Positions 52,446-63,897 of a stretch of DNA of 64,000 nt are shown here, one piece after another (position 1 is the stretch's first letter; every line of letters starts with the position of its first letter). The stretch is from Phoronis australis (taxonomy: Eukaryota; Animalia; Phoronida): the NCBI GenBank assembly GCA_002633005.1, contig NMRA01000060.1, positions 462,809-526,808 of the forward strand. Reading direction: 5' to 3'. Below the pieces are notes generated by a model. That model was not told the DNA's origin. It saw nothing but the letters and a program-made list of their open reading frames with translations, and made no database searches. The position numbers and the translations under genes are program-made.

Positions 52446-53222
52446 GTTCATCAATATACGCCGCTGTGGTGGTTGTTCCATCGATGTAACTAATTTATGA
52501 ATACCATTGCCAAAAAGCAAAGTTCATCTTTCAGATCTTAGTGGCAATAATTGTGTTGCTAAGAAATAATTGTATTGCTAGGAATATGTAAAGTGTAATA
52601 CGAACGTGAAATCTTACCTTACGGTAGCAAATATTAATCAGTTTTCGGTATATAGGCGAGTGTCGCAAGTTCTGGAAAAGTACATACATTTGTTTTAACG
52701 ATTAGTATCACATTATAAGCTTTTGCCGTTTCTCATTAGAGAGGCCCCTCACTGAGACTAGAATGCTTGTAATCAAATGCCCTTTCAGTACAATTTGATC
52801 CTACATGTACTTTATGGACATAATTAATACAAGTGCAAGCTGGAGGCCGACCTAATAATATAACAAAAATAAGGAGCCGTAACTCCAGATGAGCTATCTA
52901 CTGAAATAAACACCAATTATATGTTGTTATCTGATCAAATTTAACGATTGTACGGACATGGAAATTGTTATCAAACTTGTCAAAAATTCGGAAGTTATAA
53001 ATGTTAAGAGGACAGTCTGTATGCCGATTTGAAAACTTAGAAGTAATCTGTGAAATGATTTGTACTATTTTGGCGGAAGATCTCACTTCCACAAACGATT
53101 TTCCACAAAGCGGCAGAAATCTCAGTTCTGTGACTTATCAATGGCCGCATATTGTCACACACCTGGAATGATATCGTTGATACGATTGTTCCAATATTGT
53201 GTAATTTTTGTTCTTTCAGACG

Positions 53223-54995
53223 ATGGTTGCAAAAGAACTCTACCTAGTTCTATGTTCCGCTTTCATTTTTACTGCTACAACTGAGGCACGCTTTATACCC
53301 ATCTGTACTGCTAAATGTGAAGCAAACTTCAACTTAAGAACGAAGCAGTGTGATTACCTTTGTACCCGTATGTTGGAATATCTTGCCAGATCACGGTCTG
53401 AGGAGGCACTGGTAACCGAAACACTATCACTAGATTCTGATAGATCTGAAGACGAGAATGGCAGGGAAAAGCGAGACATACGTTTGTTAACTGGAGACAA
53501 ATATTGGAAATGGCAGTGGTATTCAGATGCAAAAAGAACTGGCAGGCGTCATTCCTTCTTCAGAATAGGCAGAAATGGCAAGGGAGTTGGGAACACTGAT
53601 TACGTACCACCTCATGTCAACCTGATGTCAAGTTCTCATGGAGATTTGAACGACCAGTTGGGTTCCACCATTGAAAATTTGGCGTATCAACTAGCGATCA
53701 TGGATCAAAACGTCCACGAGCAACCGAGTGACGAAAGTGTGGACAGGACGAAAGCGATAATCCACGTGTTCCCCGGAATCATGGAGGCACCAACCGTGAA
53801 GCGTGCTCGACAACGCAGTAGGTTCATGAGAGTAGGAAGAGATACGTCTGCACAAATGACCTTGATGAACGTCCAAAACGAGTTGCAAAAGCGAAGATCC
53901 CACTTTTTACAGGATCGCAAAAGTGACGGAGAAATTCCATTAGCAAGAAAAATAAATTCCTTCTCGGTGGCTGGATTGAAAGACAATGAAGTTAACGCCT
54001 TTGTTGATACAAGCACTAATGGCAAATTTCTTGAATCCTTTGCAGCAAAAGGCAATGGAAAGAGTGAGCAAAGCAAACGGCGTAATCGATTCCTGAGAGT
54101 CGGTCGCAGGGAGGAATCACCCACAAGAGGTGTTAAGGAAAACGACAAAACATTTAAAAAGGCCCCCTTGAGTTACAAGAAACGTAGAAATTTGTTTTTG
54201 AGAGTCGGTCGCATGAATATCCCTGACGTTCTTGATACAGAGAAGGAAAAGCGAAGAAACCGTTTTTTGAGAGTTGGTCGTATGGAAGGAGAAGCAGACA
54301 ATAATCAAGCGTTATTTAATGAAAAAAGAAGAAATCGTTTCCTTAGAGTGGGAAGAAGAAACGATAGAAGTGAACAAGAAGATGAGAATTCGGACAAAAG
54401 GACGAGTGTTGACAAACGACGAAGCATGTTTCTGAGAGTTGGTCGAGGTAACAATGGCGGTAATCTGTTCTACGGAAAAGTGAACAAAGACGACGAGAAA
54501 AAACAAAACCGTTTCCTGACAGTGGGTAATGGTCTTAGCTCAGACATGTCCACTGAGACTGAGAAGCGACGGAGCAGATTCTTACGTGTTGGAAGACAAA
54601 AAGAAAGCTCTATCCTGAAATTGAACCAAAAACGTCGAAACAGATTTTTACGTGTTGGTAAAGCCACTGATAGTGGTTTACTGAACGAGAGCCCAGAACC
54701 GACCCGTCATGAGTTTGCAATTGTAGATTCAGACGAAAATGCCACAGCAAAACAAAGCGGTGTTGGCCTATGGGCAATCTCAAACGATTCTGATGGAAGT
54801 CAATTATCGAGGGGTCAAGCAGCTACTCATGTCAATGCCAAAGAAATTGACAGCGATGTAAAAAAGGGTCAAAGCACGAAACATGGGACGGAGTCAAATG
54901 AGATCCAAAATAACATGGCTCAGTTTACAAATATGGCTAAGGGTGCCAGTAGATTAGTTATTCACCATGCTGCAGCAGGGAACACGAAGGCCTGA
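53223..54995 (+). CDS. Neuropeptide precursor (590 aa), FxRIamide/FVRIamide-like, yielding mainly RNRFLRVamide-type peptides
   Basis: Acceptor ttctttcag| at 53219 and ATG at 53223. A ~22-aa signal peptide (MVAKELYLVLCSAFIFTATTEA) precedes a Cx3Cx10Cx3C domain. Repeated KR-RxxFLRV-G-R/K units combine convertase sites with an amidation Gly and are separated by mostly acidic spacers. TGA at 54993-54995. Confidence 0.92.
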   Translation: MVAKELYLVLCSAFIFTATTEARFIPICTAKCEANFNLRTKQCDYLCTRMLEYLARSRSEEALVTETLSLDSDRSEDENGREKRDIRLLTGDKYWKWQWYSDAKRTGRRHSFFRIGRNGKGVGNTDYVPPHVNLMSSSHGDLNDQLGSTIENLAYQLAIMDQNVHEQPSDESVDRTKAIIHVFPGIMEAPTVKRARQRSRFMRVGRDTSAQMTLMNVQNELQKRRSHFLQDRKSDGEIPLARKINSFSVAGLKDNEVNAFVDTSTNGKFLESFAAKGNGKSEQSKRRNRFLRVGRREESPTRGVKENDKTFKKAPLSYKKRRNLFLRVGRMNIPDVLDTEKEKRRNRFLRVGRMEGEADNNQALFNEKRRNRFLRVGRRNDRSEQEDENSDKRTSVDKRRSMFLRVGRGNNGGNLFYGKVNKDDEKKQNRFLTVGNGLSSDMSTETEKRRSRFLRVGRQKESSILKLNQKRRNRFLRVGKATDSGLLNESPEPTRHEFAIVDSDENATAKQSGVGLWAISNDSDGSQLSRGQAATHVNAKEIDSDVKKGQSTKHGTESNEIQNNMAQFTNMAKGASRLVIHHAAAGNTKA

Positions 54996-55166
54996 ACAAT
55001 CTATCTTTGTCTCAAGTAAGCGACATATAAATCGTTTTGCTCTGTCATAACTCTTAAGTAAAACTGAACAATAATGTTGTAAAAAGCTCCGGTCAGTCCT
55101 CATTGCTTACTCTGCAAACTTATGATATTTAATAATTATTGGAATGTTAATTACAGGTATCTCGTC

Positions 55167-55257
55167 AATAAAGCCTGGCATTGCCAGTGAGTTTGTTGTG
55201 AATAAACACCTTATTTAAAAACTTTGTTTTTCACTCACAATTCTTCCATTGAATAAA
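55167..55257 (+). promoter_or_regulatory. Cluster of three AATAAA polyadenylation signals after the neuropeptide stop
   Basis: AATAAA at 55167, 55201 and 55252, 170-260 nt past the stop. Confidence 0.55.
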
Positions 55258-55476
55258 GTGAAATGAAGAGGCATAACTGTTGTTGACCATAGTTAAACAT
55301 GTAGTTGTATCGTTAGTTGTGTCATCATTGACTATTCTAAACTAGATTAAGTCACCATAATTCAAAACTGTATCGAAATGTCATTCATTATAGAACCTTA
55401 CTTTTGTCAACATTAATTATTTACAAAGATTACTATTTCTAATTTATTTAAGCACACAATTTATTTCTGAATTTTC

Positions 55477-55573
55477 ATATCCTATCGAGAAGTCATTTCA
55501 TCTGGGAATGTCCCAACTAGAACGAAGTTCGAGGTGGGACATTCCCAGACGAAATGAATTCGAGATAGGATAT
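55477..55573. repeat. 97-nt near-perfect palindrome (hairpin)
   Basis: atatcctatc..tcatttc.tctgggaatgtccca.ct.gaac-gaa-gttc.ag.tgggacattcccaga.gaaatga..gataggatat. Confidence 0.85.
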
Positions 55574-58348
55574 CGCAGTAGTATTCTTATGAATTTGTGA
55601 TAACCTATTTATCCCATATATATGGACTTCTTTGTATCATCGCCACATAACCTTTTTGAAGTGTGCTACGGCTTGTTGTTATATGACGTCATATGTATGC
55701 CAAGTATGGTACTCAAGCCACAAGATTCGGGTCTGTGAAAGTGTTGAATATCCAGTAAAGATTTATTTCCTAATAAATTGATTAGATTTTCAGTTTGTGA
55801 AATATACAAGTTAAAGCACTAAATCATGAAAAAATCTAAAGTTTGTAGGAAACTTAGAAACAATCCATCCGGTAATATAAAAAATGAAACAATCCCTGAA
55901 CAGTTGTGCATCAACAGTGTGTCGTTTTAGCTTCGATGAATTTCTTAGTCCGTCTATTCTAGCGTCTTGAAGTTAGCTTTTGGACTTCAAATAGTAGTAG
56001 AAACATTACCCCGTGTTGATCACAGCATTGGAAAATAACGGTGGAAACTGTGCTGATCTGATCTGCTAAACTGGTGTAAGGACTGTATGATAAAAAGCAG
56101 ATTTTTCGCTTCGTCTGCCGGGCAGCGACGGAGGTCGCAATTCCCTGTAAAGACCTTAGCTCTCAGTGTACATATACTGTAAGCATCCATGGCGAAACGT
56201 TGTAGTTGGATTTGAATTAGATTTTTGGCTGACTTTGTTGGCCGTCGAGGCTATTTACATGTACCTTGACCTATTTATGATCAGCCAGACTGAAACTTCA
56301 GCGAGGCTCAAAAATAGCCGCCTGATCACCGGCATCGGAATTTTCATCGATAAATCGTTTATGTTTTTAGAGCAGTAAAATGTCTTTTCAGTAACGACGC
56401 CTTGCATCAATGTTTTAGGAACCCAAATGATCCAGCCCAATCAAATTTGACGTTGTACACGCGAATTTACTCCACCAGCAGACTGCACACCAACCGTGAA
56501 ATACGGCTTCTACCAACGGTTGACCTCTACGACCTCTACCGTGGATTGGCTCTACCTTCCCCTACCGTGGCGGATCAAGGATATCATAAGGGGGGCAACA
56601 CTTTGTCTCGGGGAATCGCGCAAAGCACGGTTGCGCGGGAGCAACCATAGGGGTCTCGAATTCCTGAGGGTGTTCAGGACTAAAAAAAAAAAACAGGAAA
56701 CCGATTGCGACGGCAGTTTCCCNGGGGGGGGGGGCACAGCCACTCCCCCTAAATCCACCTATGCCGTATATCACAGTTTGATAACATGATGACGTGACGT
56801 ATTCAACATCCAAATTTCCACATAAACCTAGAATACCCGACAACAAGAGAACGTTTGGTGGTCGATATTGGCGTCAACAAATGTAGCCTGCAATTTTTCT
56901 TTTAAGGATTATAATACGGCTAACAAAGAATAACGGGCTGGACAATTGAGTGATGGCTGGATAACAGAAATAAGCCTCGACAAATTCCCCGATGGATTCA
57001 ACCCTAAAAAAGCATACCTAAGATCAAAACAAGTTGTTATTAGAAAAGAAATTTAGTTAATGTTGTGAAGATTGAATCAATACAAAACAAGTTTAGTGAA
57101 GTTCATGTTTTAAAAACCAACTAATGTACACAATACTGATGTGATAGCTATAAATCGCACAGATTCACTAGTTCTGCGTCACAGAGACAGACTGTAAGGG
57201 GTGACAGTCTAATTGGATGTTTAGTGATGACGTACATACCCCTAATGTAAAGGGATTTGGACCAGTAAATAGCAACAGAATTACACAATCACACATTATT
57301 TTGAAAAGCAAATCGCATGTCTTGGATTTTTCCCGATTCCTGTAACCACAGAGTTTATAAATTGTGTGTGCCCGACAACAATTGACCTATCGCAAGCTCC
57401 GCCCCCATGCGAAAAGTCACGTGATACCCGACATTCGAACGAGATGCAGAGGCAAATACGCTGTCGCTAAGCGACGTTCCTGGTGGAGTCGATGAGTGTT
57501 TTTGCACTATCTGAAAACGCTTCGACAGAGACAAGAGGCGATGCTTTTCAACAGAGAATAGTACGTTCATGATATGGGAATTTGTAAAGGTGACGATGAA
57601 GAAATGGCTCGAGGAGCCTTCGAAAATCCGAAGTACCCCTCTGCCTCGGGGCCACCTTCACCAGTAAATGACAAGGCCACTGATACGATATGCTCATGTA
57701 AAGCTGGGTATGTACCTTCAAGTCGAATTATCTGTACGATTCCATGATCTTTCTAATAAAATCAGTAAAGATTCACCGATATTTTTATTCTGTCGTCGGC
57801 TAAATTTCGCCAAATAAAAAGTAGGTCACAACTGGTGGCACTCCCGGAGTAAAGTAGGTTATAGATTACACAATACACATGCACTATAGTCTCTGACTAG
57901 GTCGACTCGACAGCACTGTTTACGCTTTTCTAATTTTGTAACGAAATATTTTGATAAAAAAAATTCAGGTTCATAGCTCTTGTACACATTCATCTCGTCC
58001 TAGGCAAACAGTTAGCTCCGGCGGGGTAGGTCTAGGGATGTGTCTAAGTCAGTCAAGTTAATGTCTGGAACTCAGTGGCGGATCTAGGTTACCACAAGGG
58101 GGGTCCAACATGTTGCCTCGTGGAATTGGGCAAAGTGCAATTGTATGTACACAGGCGGCCCGAAAGTTGCAGGGGCCTGGGATGCAGACCTTTGGACCTT
58201 CTGTTCAGAAAATCTATCAGTGGACTAAAAAAAACAGGAACACGATTCCGCCGCGATCTGGGGTCTGAGCCCCCCTCTTCCGCTACCGGTCCTAGTTACT
58301 GAACTCAATATTTCCTAACGCTTCACGCTCTTGCTGTTTCATTTTGCT

Positions 58349-58435
58349 TGCAAACGGATAATTCCATAGGCGGATTTAGGGGCTGGGGCCCCTGCCCCCA
58401 CCCCCTAAATCCGCCTATGGAATTATCCGTTTGCA
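58349..58435. repeat. Perfect 34-bp inverted repeat hairpin with a family B MITE core
   Basis: TGCAAACGGATAATTCCATAGGCGGATTTAGGGG (58349-58382) and its exact reverse complement (58402-58435), with a 19-nt GC-rich spacer. Confidence 0.9.
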
Positions 58436-61400
58436 CCAATAAGACATTTAAATTAAGCCTANTGCAGATCGAATCTCTGAATTTTGACCGGGAGAGAAGT
58501 TCAGCTGAACGCCAGCCTACGGGTTTATGAATAACAAAAACGTACCTCTGTTAGGTTGAAATAAATAAAAAAAAAAAAAAATAAAAATGTCCTTGAAAAC
58601 AACAGTTTCCGGGGACTATACCGCTAGAGTGCTGAGATCCAGCAGGTGTCGAGACAAAGGCGGCCAGACGTAGGAAACTCGGGAGTCACAATTTGAGATA
58701 GCCCTTCACCATATACATCTGTAGCCACCAAGCTGAAAAGTGTGTATCTTGGAACTAATATATTTGTGTTTATTATAGCCTTCGAGTTATCAAGCAACAT
58801 CGCTAAGTTCAGCTGCTCGTATGGCCGTACAGTTTGATCCATAGTTTACGCTTTTCAACATCATTTTTCGGCTTAGGACATGCCAAAAATGATGGGATAT
58901 TATTCTGGAGCAGCATAACAGCTGTCGGTGCTACACACGCCATATCAACACCGTTTCCCCATTATTAGCAGACAATTTCTTGAGCTATAGACTAAAGTAA
59001 GTTTTACTCGACTACGTGTGGTTTGTCGAGAATAATGGCGGCTTGGAAACGCAGACGAAGGTGTGCCAAGAATGCTTTGTTCTGATTGGTCAATTAATCC
59101 TGGCAATAGGTCAATTGCAACCACTGGATACTTGAGAAGGTTTACATGTACGATTGATCACGGCCATGAGTCTCGTTAGAAATATAAGATCTCGTGAGAT
59201 TCCGCGAGATATCGCCGCTTTGTAATTTACAGTGCTTCGTTAATCTAACATTATTACTATAATTATTTTAAATTTTTTGTGTTTTGATTTTAGTTGGCTA
59301 CGTTCAAAAACGTCAAAATGATGTCGAACTAAATAAACAATAGCGGGTAACCAGCTTCAGAAAAGGTAGAGATTTGACAGGCCGAGTTCCCGGGATTGCC
59401 AATGTATATACAGGTATGAGGGTGTCACCCAGCAAACTATCACGCGATGAATGAGACAATTTTAATTGTCTTTTTAAGGAATGACGAAGACATAGACGAG
59501 GACGAATGATGCAAACTATTACAAAATTCCCCCTTTTCCTAAAAGAATTAAGTGAGGCCCATCCAAGAGTCAGCATCATGTCGGAGATAATAGGTCCATT
59601 GTAAAAGAAAGATAATATAGAATGATGTTAAACAAAATGCCGACCAATAAACAGAGTTTGTAATGTCAGCATAGCCCAAACAGAGAGTGGACACCGAGTC
59701 GTTAGAGAGAAGGTTTGGACTAACGTGTCAAAATCATGCACGTCACCCCAACTCCGAGTCAATGGATGCCCTGGGTAAAGTATTTTTGACTCTTTTGTAG
59801 TCCTGTGCAAATATCGCCGCACGCGAATAAAGGTTAATGCCATCCAAGGTAATTTTCTTGTAGAAATGGGAGCTTAGGCTTCGCGTTGCTCTCAGTGAAA
59901 CTAGTGCAGACCGATACCACACACAAGGTGGGGGGGATTTCTGGACAAAAGGCTTTGGTTGGTAAAATTTAGTTTGAGGGTAACGGGCGAAGAACCACGG
60001 AACAAATCGATGTCAAATATATCGTTGACAGTTTCACCTCCAAAAGAAGAGAAATAAATGCAGTTCTGGTCGCATACTACCGTATCGAAGCGAAAAATCT
60101 TTTGTAGGATATTGGAGTCCTCAATTTTTGCTTCTCCCTTCCTTTTAAGGTAGCTTACAACGTTAATTACTTCGGATAGGCACCTAAGCCGTAAACGGTC
60201 CGTTTCTCCACGTTTTACTTGCGTGTTGAGCGGCTAAGGCAGGCAGGAGGGGACTATAGGAGGGGAGAGTTATGATGATCTGTGCGTGTAACATGAAGAA
60301 CTCCCTGGATATTTCTGTTTATTATAGAGAAATCTCCCTTTGGTGCAGCAATTTGTTCTTGTCTGGTCTGTTAAATAATTCGAACGGAGTTTCAGCTCAT
60401 TGCATATCACCACTAACTGTCATTATGCAACCCTCAGAGGGGTGTTTTTGGATGACTCCACAGGGGTTACTTATTTAACGTTGACTATCATTATCACTCA
60501 CAGATTAGTGTATTTAGGAGATCTTTGGTGTCGAATACCCCACTGACAAATCCCATTTCTCGTCAAGAGAGTGGAAATGACTATTACGCATATGGTAACC
60601 CATTCGTCGGTCAATTAACCCAAGGCAGACAGTCACAGTCCTGGGGCACGGGAAAGTTAATAAATAAAGATGCCCAAACCTGCCAGCTCATTAGTATACG
60701 GACTCAGCTGGCACTTGGGTGACAGAATGAAACTACAATTGAGCCATTCATAAGACCTCGCAGAGTGACCCCAATGTTTCCTCATTACCTGAACGACTTC
60801 GTCATAAGAAGTGTACCGCTATTTCTCATAAGATTGCGGAGAATGCGCAGTGTATCGTCCTGGCAACTCATAGGCCTACGCAGTTTCCATAAACACTAAA
60901 TTTGTTGTTAGACAAAAAAGTTTCCTTGACAAACAGTCAGACTTTCCAACAGAAACACTCCTGTGTGCTTACCTTCCCATTAAATATCAAATTATGTGGC
61001 ACATGCCGCCTGGGAGTCGAAAGATTTAATTGTCGCAAGAAGTAAAAGGAGATCACCGCAGAGGTTCATGTATACGGAATTTGCCACTGCAACAAGTCCT
61101 GCGTTGGCAGTGAATTATAGGGGATCAAAATTAATGCGACCACCACCATTTCTACCTTATTTCATCCCTACTAGCCCGACTTTTAATTAAGTTTATTGTT
61201 TCTAATCAAGTTGAGGCTCAAATGATTACGGTACAGACAGGGATCGACGACTTCAAGGCCTTCGTCAGAGTGGGAGCCTCTCAATGGATAGGTTATGGTC
61301 CATCTTCGAACTACATTGCAGCAATACAAAATTGGGTCAAGAACAGCAGATCGCCCTTCCTATTAGGTTATGCGGTTTTGAAAATATTTTTGGACCCACT

Positions 61401-61927
61401 GATTGTTGAGAACTGATTATTAAGTTTTTAGGTGGTATTTAGTTAATATTTTTTTCAAAACAGTGCTTTATTAAAAGCAGTTTGTCACAGATGGGACTTT
61501 CCAACTCCTAAGTTTCGGGGTTAATTTGGATCACTGATGACACCTAAAACTGTTTTTTTTTAGTGATTTACTTGTCCTTTTCATTTAGGATACTGAAATT
61601 TGTTTAAAACCACGCTTTTTTGAAACAAAAAGTTATTTTACTTTTCTAGATAAAATTCATACTGGACAGTTCTCATCCCTTTTCAGAAATTATCATGTAT
61701 GTCCACCTTTTGGGCTATACTAAAGTCTTTGAAGACATTTTTAAAAATTCTTACTAAACCTTTTACATTCATTTTGTGCAAGCACATAATCGTCCTGTAT
61801 GGGTGCAACTAAGATCTTCTTGTTGTATGAGAATCGAACTGCATTTCGTGAGGAAACAAATGTTTTAAGGCAAAAAAAAAAACACTGTGTTACTGAGAGC
61901 GACCGTGTGAAAGGTCAGGGAGCAAAA

Positions 61928-62352
61928 TTGTCAACCAAGTTGGTCTTTGAATTTGTCAATCTCGTGAGCATCAATTACGTAAACAAGAAGCAAACCTCAC
62001 TTACATAATCTCAAGACGCAATTAGGGAAATACGTATAAAGTACCACACACATAGACCAGTCAATTCATGACGTCACCATGGCTTCATCAAGAATTAGGA
62101 AGAGAGTTGGATTTCGTATGGATACAATAAGATTAATGAGAAAAACACGATCTTCATGACAACGTCCGTCTGGGGGCCAGCTTTTTTGTCTACCAAGTTG
62201 GTCTTTTTGTCAATTTCATGAACGCCAGTTATGTAAACACGAAGCAAAGCTTACTTTCATAATCTTCAAAGTGGTGTTAGTGAATATTACGTAAATTCCC
62301 ACGAACATAGGTGTAGGTCTGTCGATTCATGAACATAACTTCCTCAAGAATT
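61928..62352 (+). repeat. Diverged ~170-bp direct duplication (period ~258 bp)
   Basis: ttgtc.accaagttggtcttt...gtaaaca.gaagcaaa...tcaagaatt at 61928-62096 and 62186-62352. Confidence 0.7.
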
Positions 62353-62391
62353 TAATTAGGAGCTACAGGTCTCAAATTCAAAGAGCATTGA

Positions 62392-62876
62392 ATCAACAAT
62401 TGGTCGGACTTCAAAAAACAGTCGCCTGCAATGGAAAACCAAGTTGCCGGTGATCAAACCTGTTTTCGGACCTCAAAGCGCGACACCCTCATAAAAAAAA
62501 CTAGTTGGCTGGACCCAAAGCACGATGGCCGGTGCTACATTGAGTTGGGCGTTGATAAAACACGACGGTGAAACTTCCTCAGAGACTCAGTTTGATAGTC
62601 TCAAAGGATTCAAGTGACGTCAAGTGTTTATTTTTCGTACCCGTTTGTTTATTTTGTTCAAAATTGGCAATTTGTTTGGCTGTGCTTGAACACCGAAAAA
62701 TCCGTTTTAAGTCCTACCAACCATTTTTTGGGGGTGCAGTCATCTAGTTTTGAGGTACCGGCCAACCAGTTTTGATGTCTGACCACCAAGTTAGAACAAC
62801 AGTCATTGGTTTTGCAGTCCAGGCGGCTAGTTTTGTAGTCCGGGCAAGTGGTTTTGAAGTCCGTTCAATTGTTGAT
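62392..62876. mobile_element. Foldback/MITE-like element with modular inverted arms
   Basis: atcaacaattggtcggacttcaaaa and ttttgaagtccgttcaattgttgat are the termini. The arms are made of ~21-bp subunits. Confidence 0.65.
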
Positions 62877-63739
62877 CCCCCCCTTGGAGAGATGTTAACA
62901 AAAATCCGTTGACTAATGCCAAAGCACTTGTAAAATTGTTATGAGCAGTCAGAAATGTTCACAAAGACACTCAATCTGCCATCTCACGATTAATTGAGTA
63001 TAACATTAATCGCCATGGTAGAGCACAGAGCTTAACACAAAACAAGTCTTTGGATGGTATATACGTCTCATGATAGATTTGCCGTCTGGGTTGCGAGGAT
63101 AAGGCAGCAGAAAATACAACTAGCGAGCGTTCACACCTACAGTTTTTGATCATACATGTAAGTCCGACCTGCCTTCTCATAGCCCATTATGTCAACGCTG
63201 CGCAACTGTGAAATTTTTTTGCGTTCTGTTTCAAAAAGAATTATTCCTATCCTAACAAATGCTTGTATAAATCTGAAACAAAGTCTGTCTCATTAGATAC
63301 AATTTGTAATGGCTTTGCAGTATTCGTGAGTGCAAGTGTTGAGAAGCCAGCCACTGCGTTACCGGCTTTGGATGCCGGCACTAAACCAATTGACCGGTCA
63401 CCAAGGCCGTGTGAGCGCATGCTAACTCAGCGTTTGATGACAGAAAGCTGTTGTGAAACAATTGCTATGCTGTGGTTACATGTTAGGGGAATCTTTATTT
63501 AGAAATACAAATACATTATTCAAATCATTGTTGCTGTACAACCTTTTGCCCTGACGGTCTGTGGAAGGGGAACCTGCATGACATCGCGGCCCCCGAAAAG
63601 TAAGTAGATTTTCAGTTTCGTGGCTAATTCGCATAAATAATTGCGTGCACATTATTTCTTTGACTCACTATTACAGTGTTGTTGTGAGTGGAGGTTTAGT
63701 TTCCAACTCAAGGTGGTTTATCTTCGTGCCAGTCTCGGC

Positions 63740-63897
63740 GGCCGCGACGGGGCCTGATCGGGTTCCGAGCCACTGGCCGGGATAACGAGTCAGGCCGGCC
63801 GCGACGGGCCTGATCATGTTCCGAGCCACTGGCCCGGATAACGAGTCAGGCCGGCCGCGACGGCCTGATCATGTTCCGAGCCACTGGCCGGGATAAC
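63740..63897 (+). repeat. GC-rich 56-57-bp tandem repeat, about 3 copies
   Basis: ggccgcgacgg(g)cctgatc..gttccgagccactggccgggataacgagtcaggcc starts at 63740, 63797 and 63853. Confidence 0.9.

Noticed and set aside
49862-52493. Met-rich or Asp-rich ORFs at 49862-50161 and 52194-52493 (possible acidic biomineral protein)
   Set aside because: They arise from (GAT)n microsatellites. The Asp-rich frames are short or interrupted and lack a signal peptide or credible splice sites.
53208-53222. ORF-track start (TTG) of the 595-aa ORF
   Set aside because: It lies in the polypyrimidine tract/acceptor. The ATG at 53223 begins the signal peptide.
54081-54662. Calling the precursor FMRFamide/FLRFamide
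   Set aside because: Every peptide ends in RV-G or RI-G, never RF-G, so no FMRFamide gene symbol was assigned.
32738-62625. Perfect CRE palindromes TGACGTCA at 32738, 55684, 62069 and ~62616
   Set aside because: They are scattered, not tied to a demonstrable TSS, and partly within repeats. Function cannot be supported from sequence alone.
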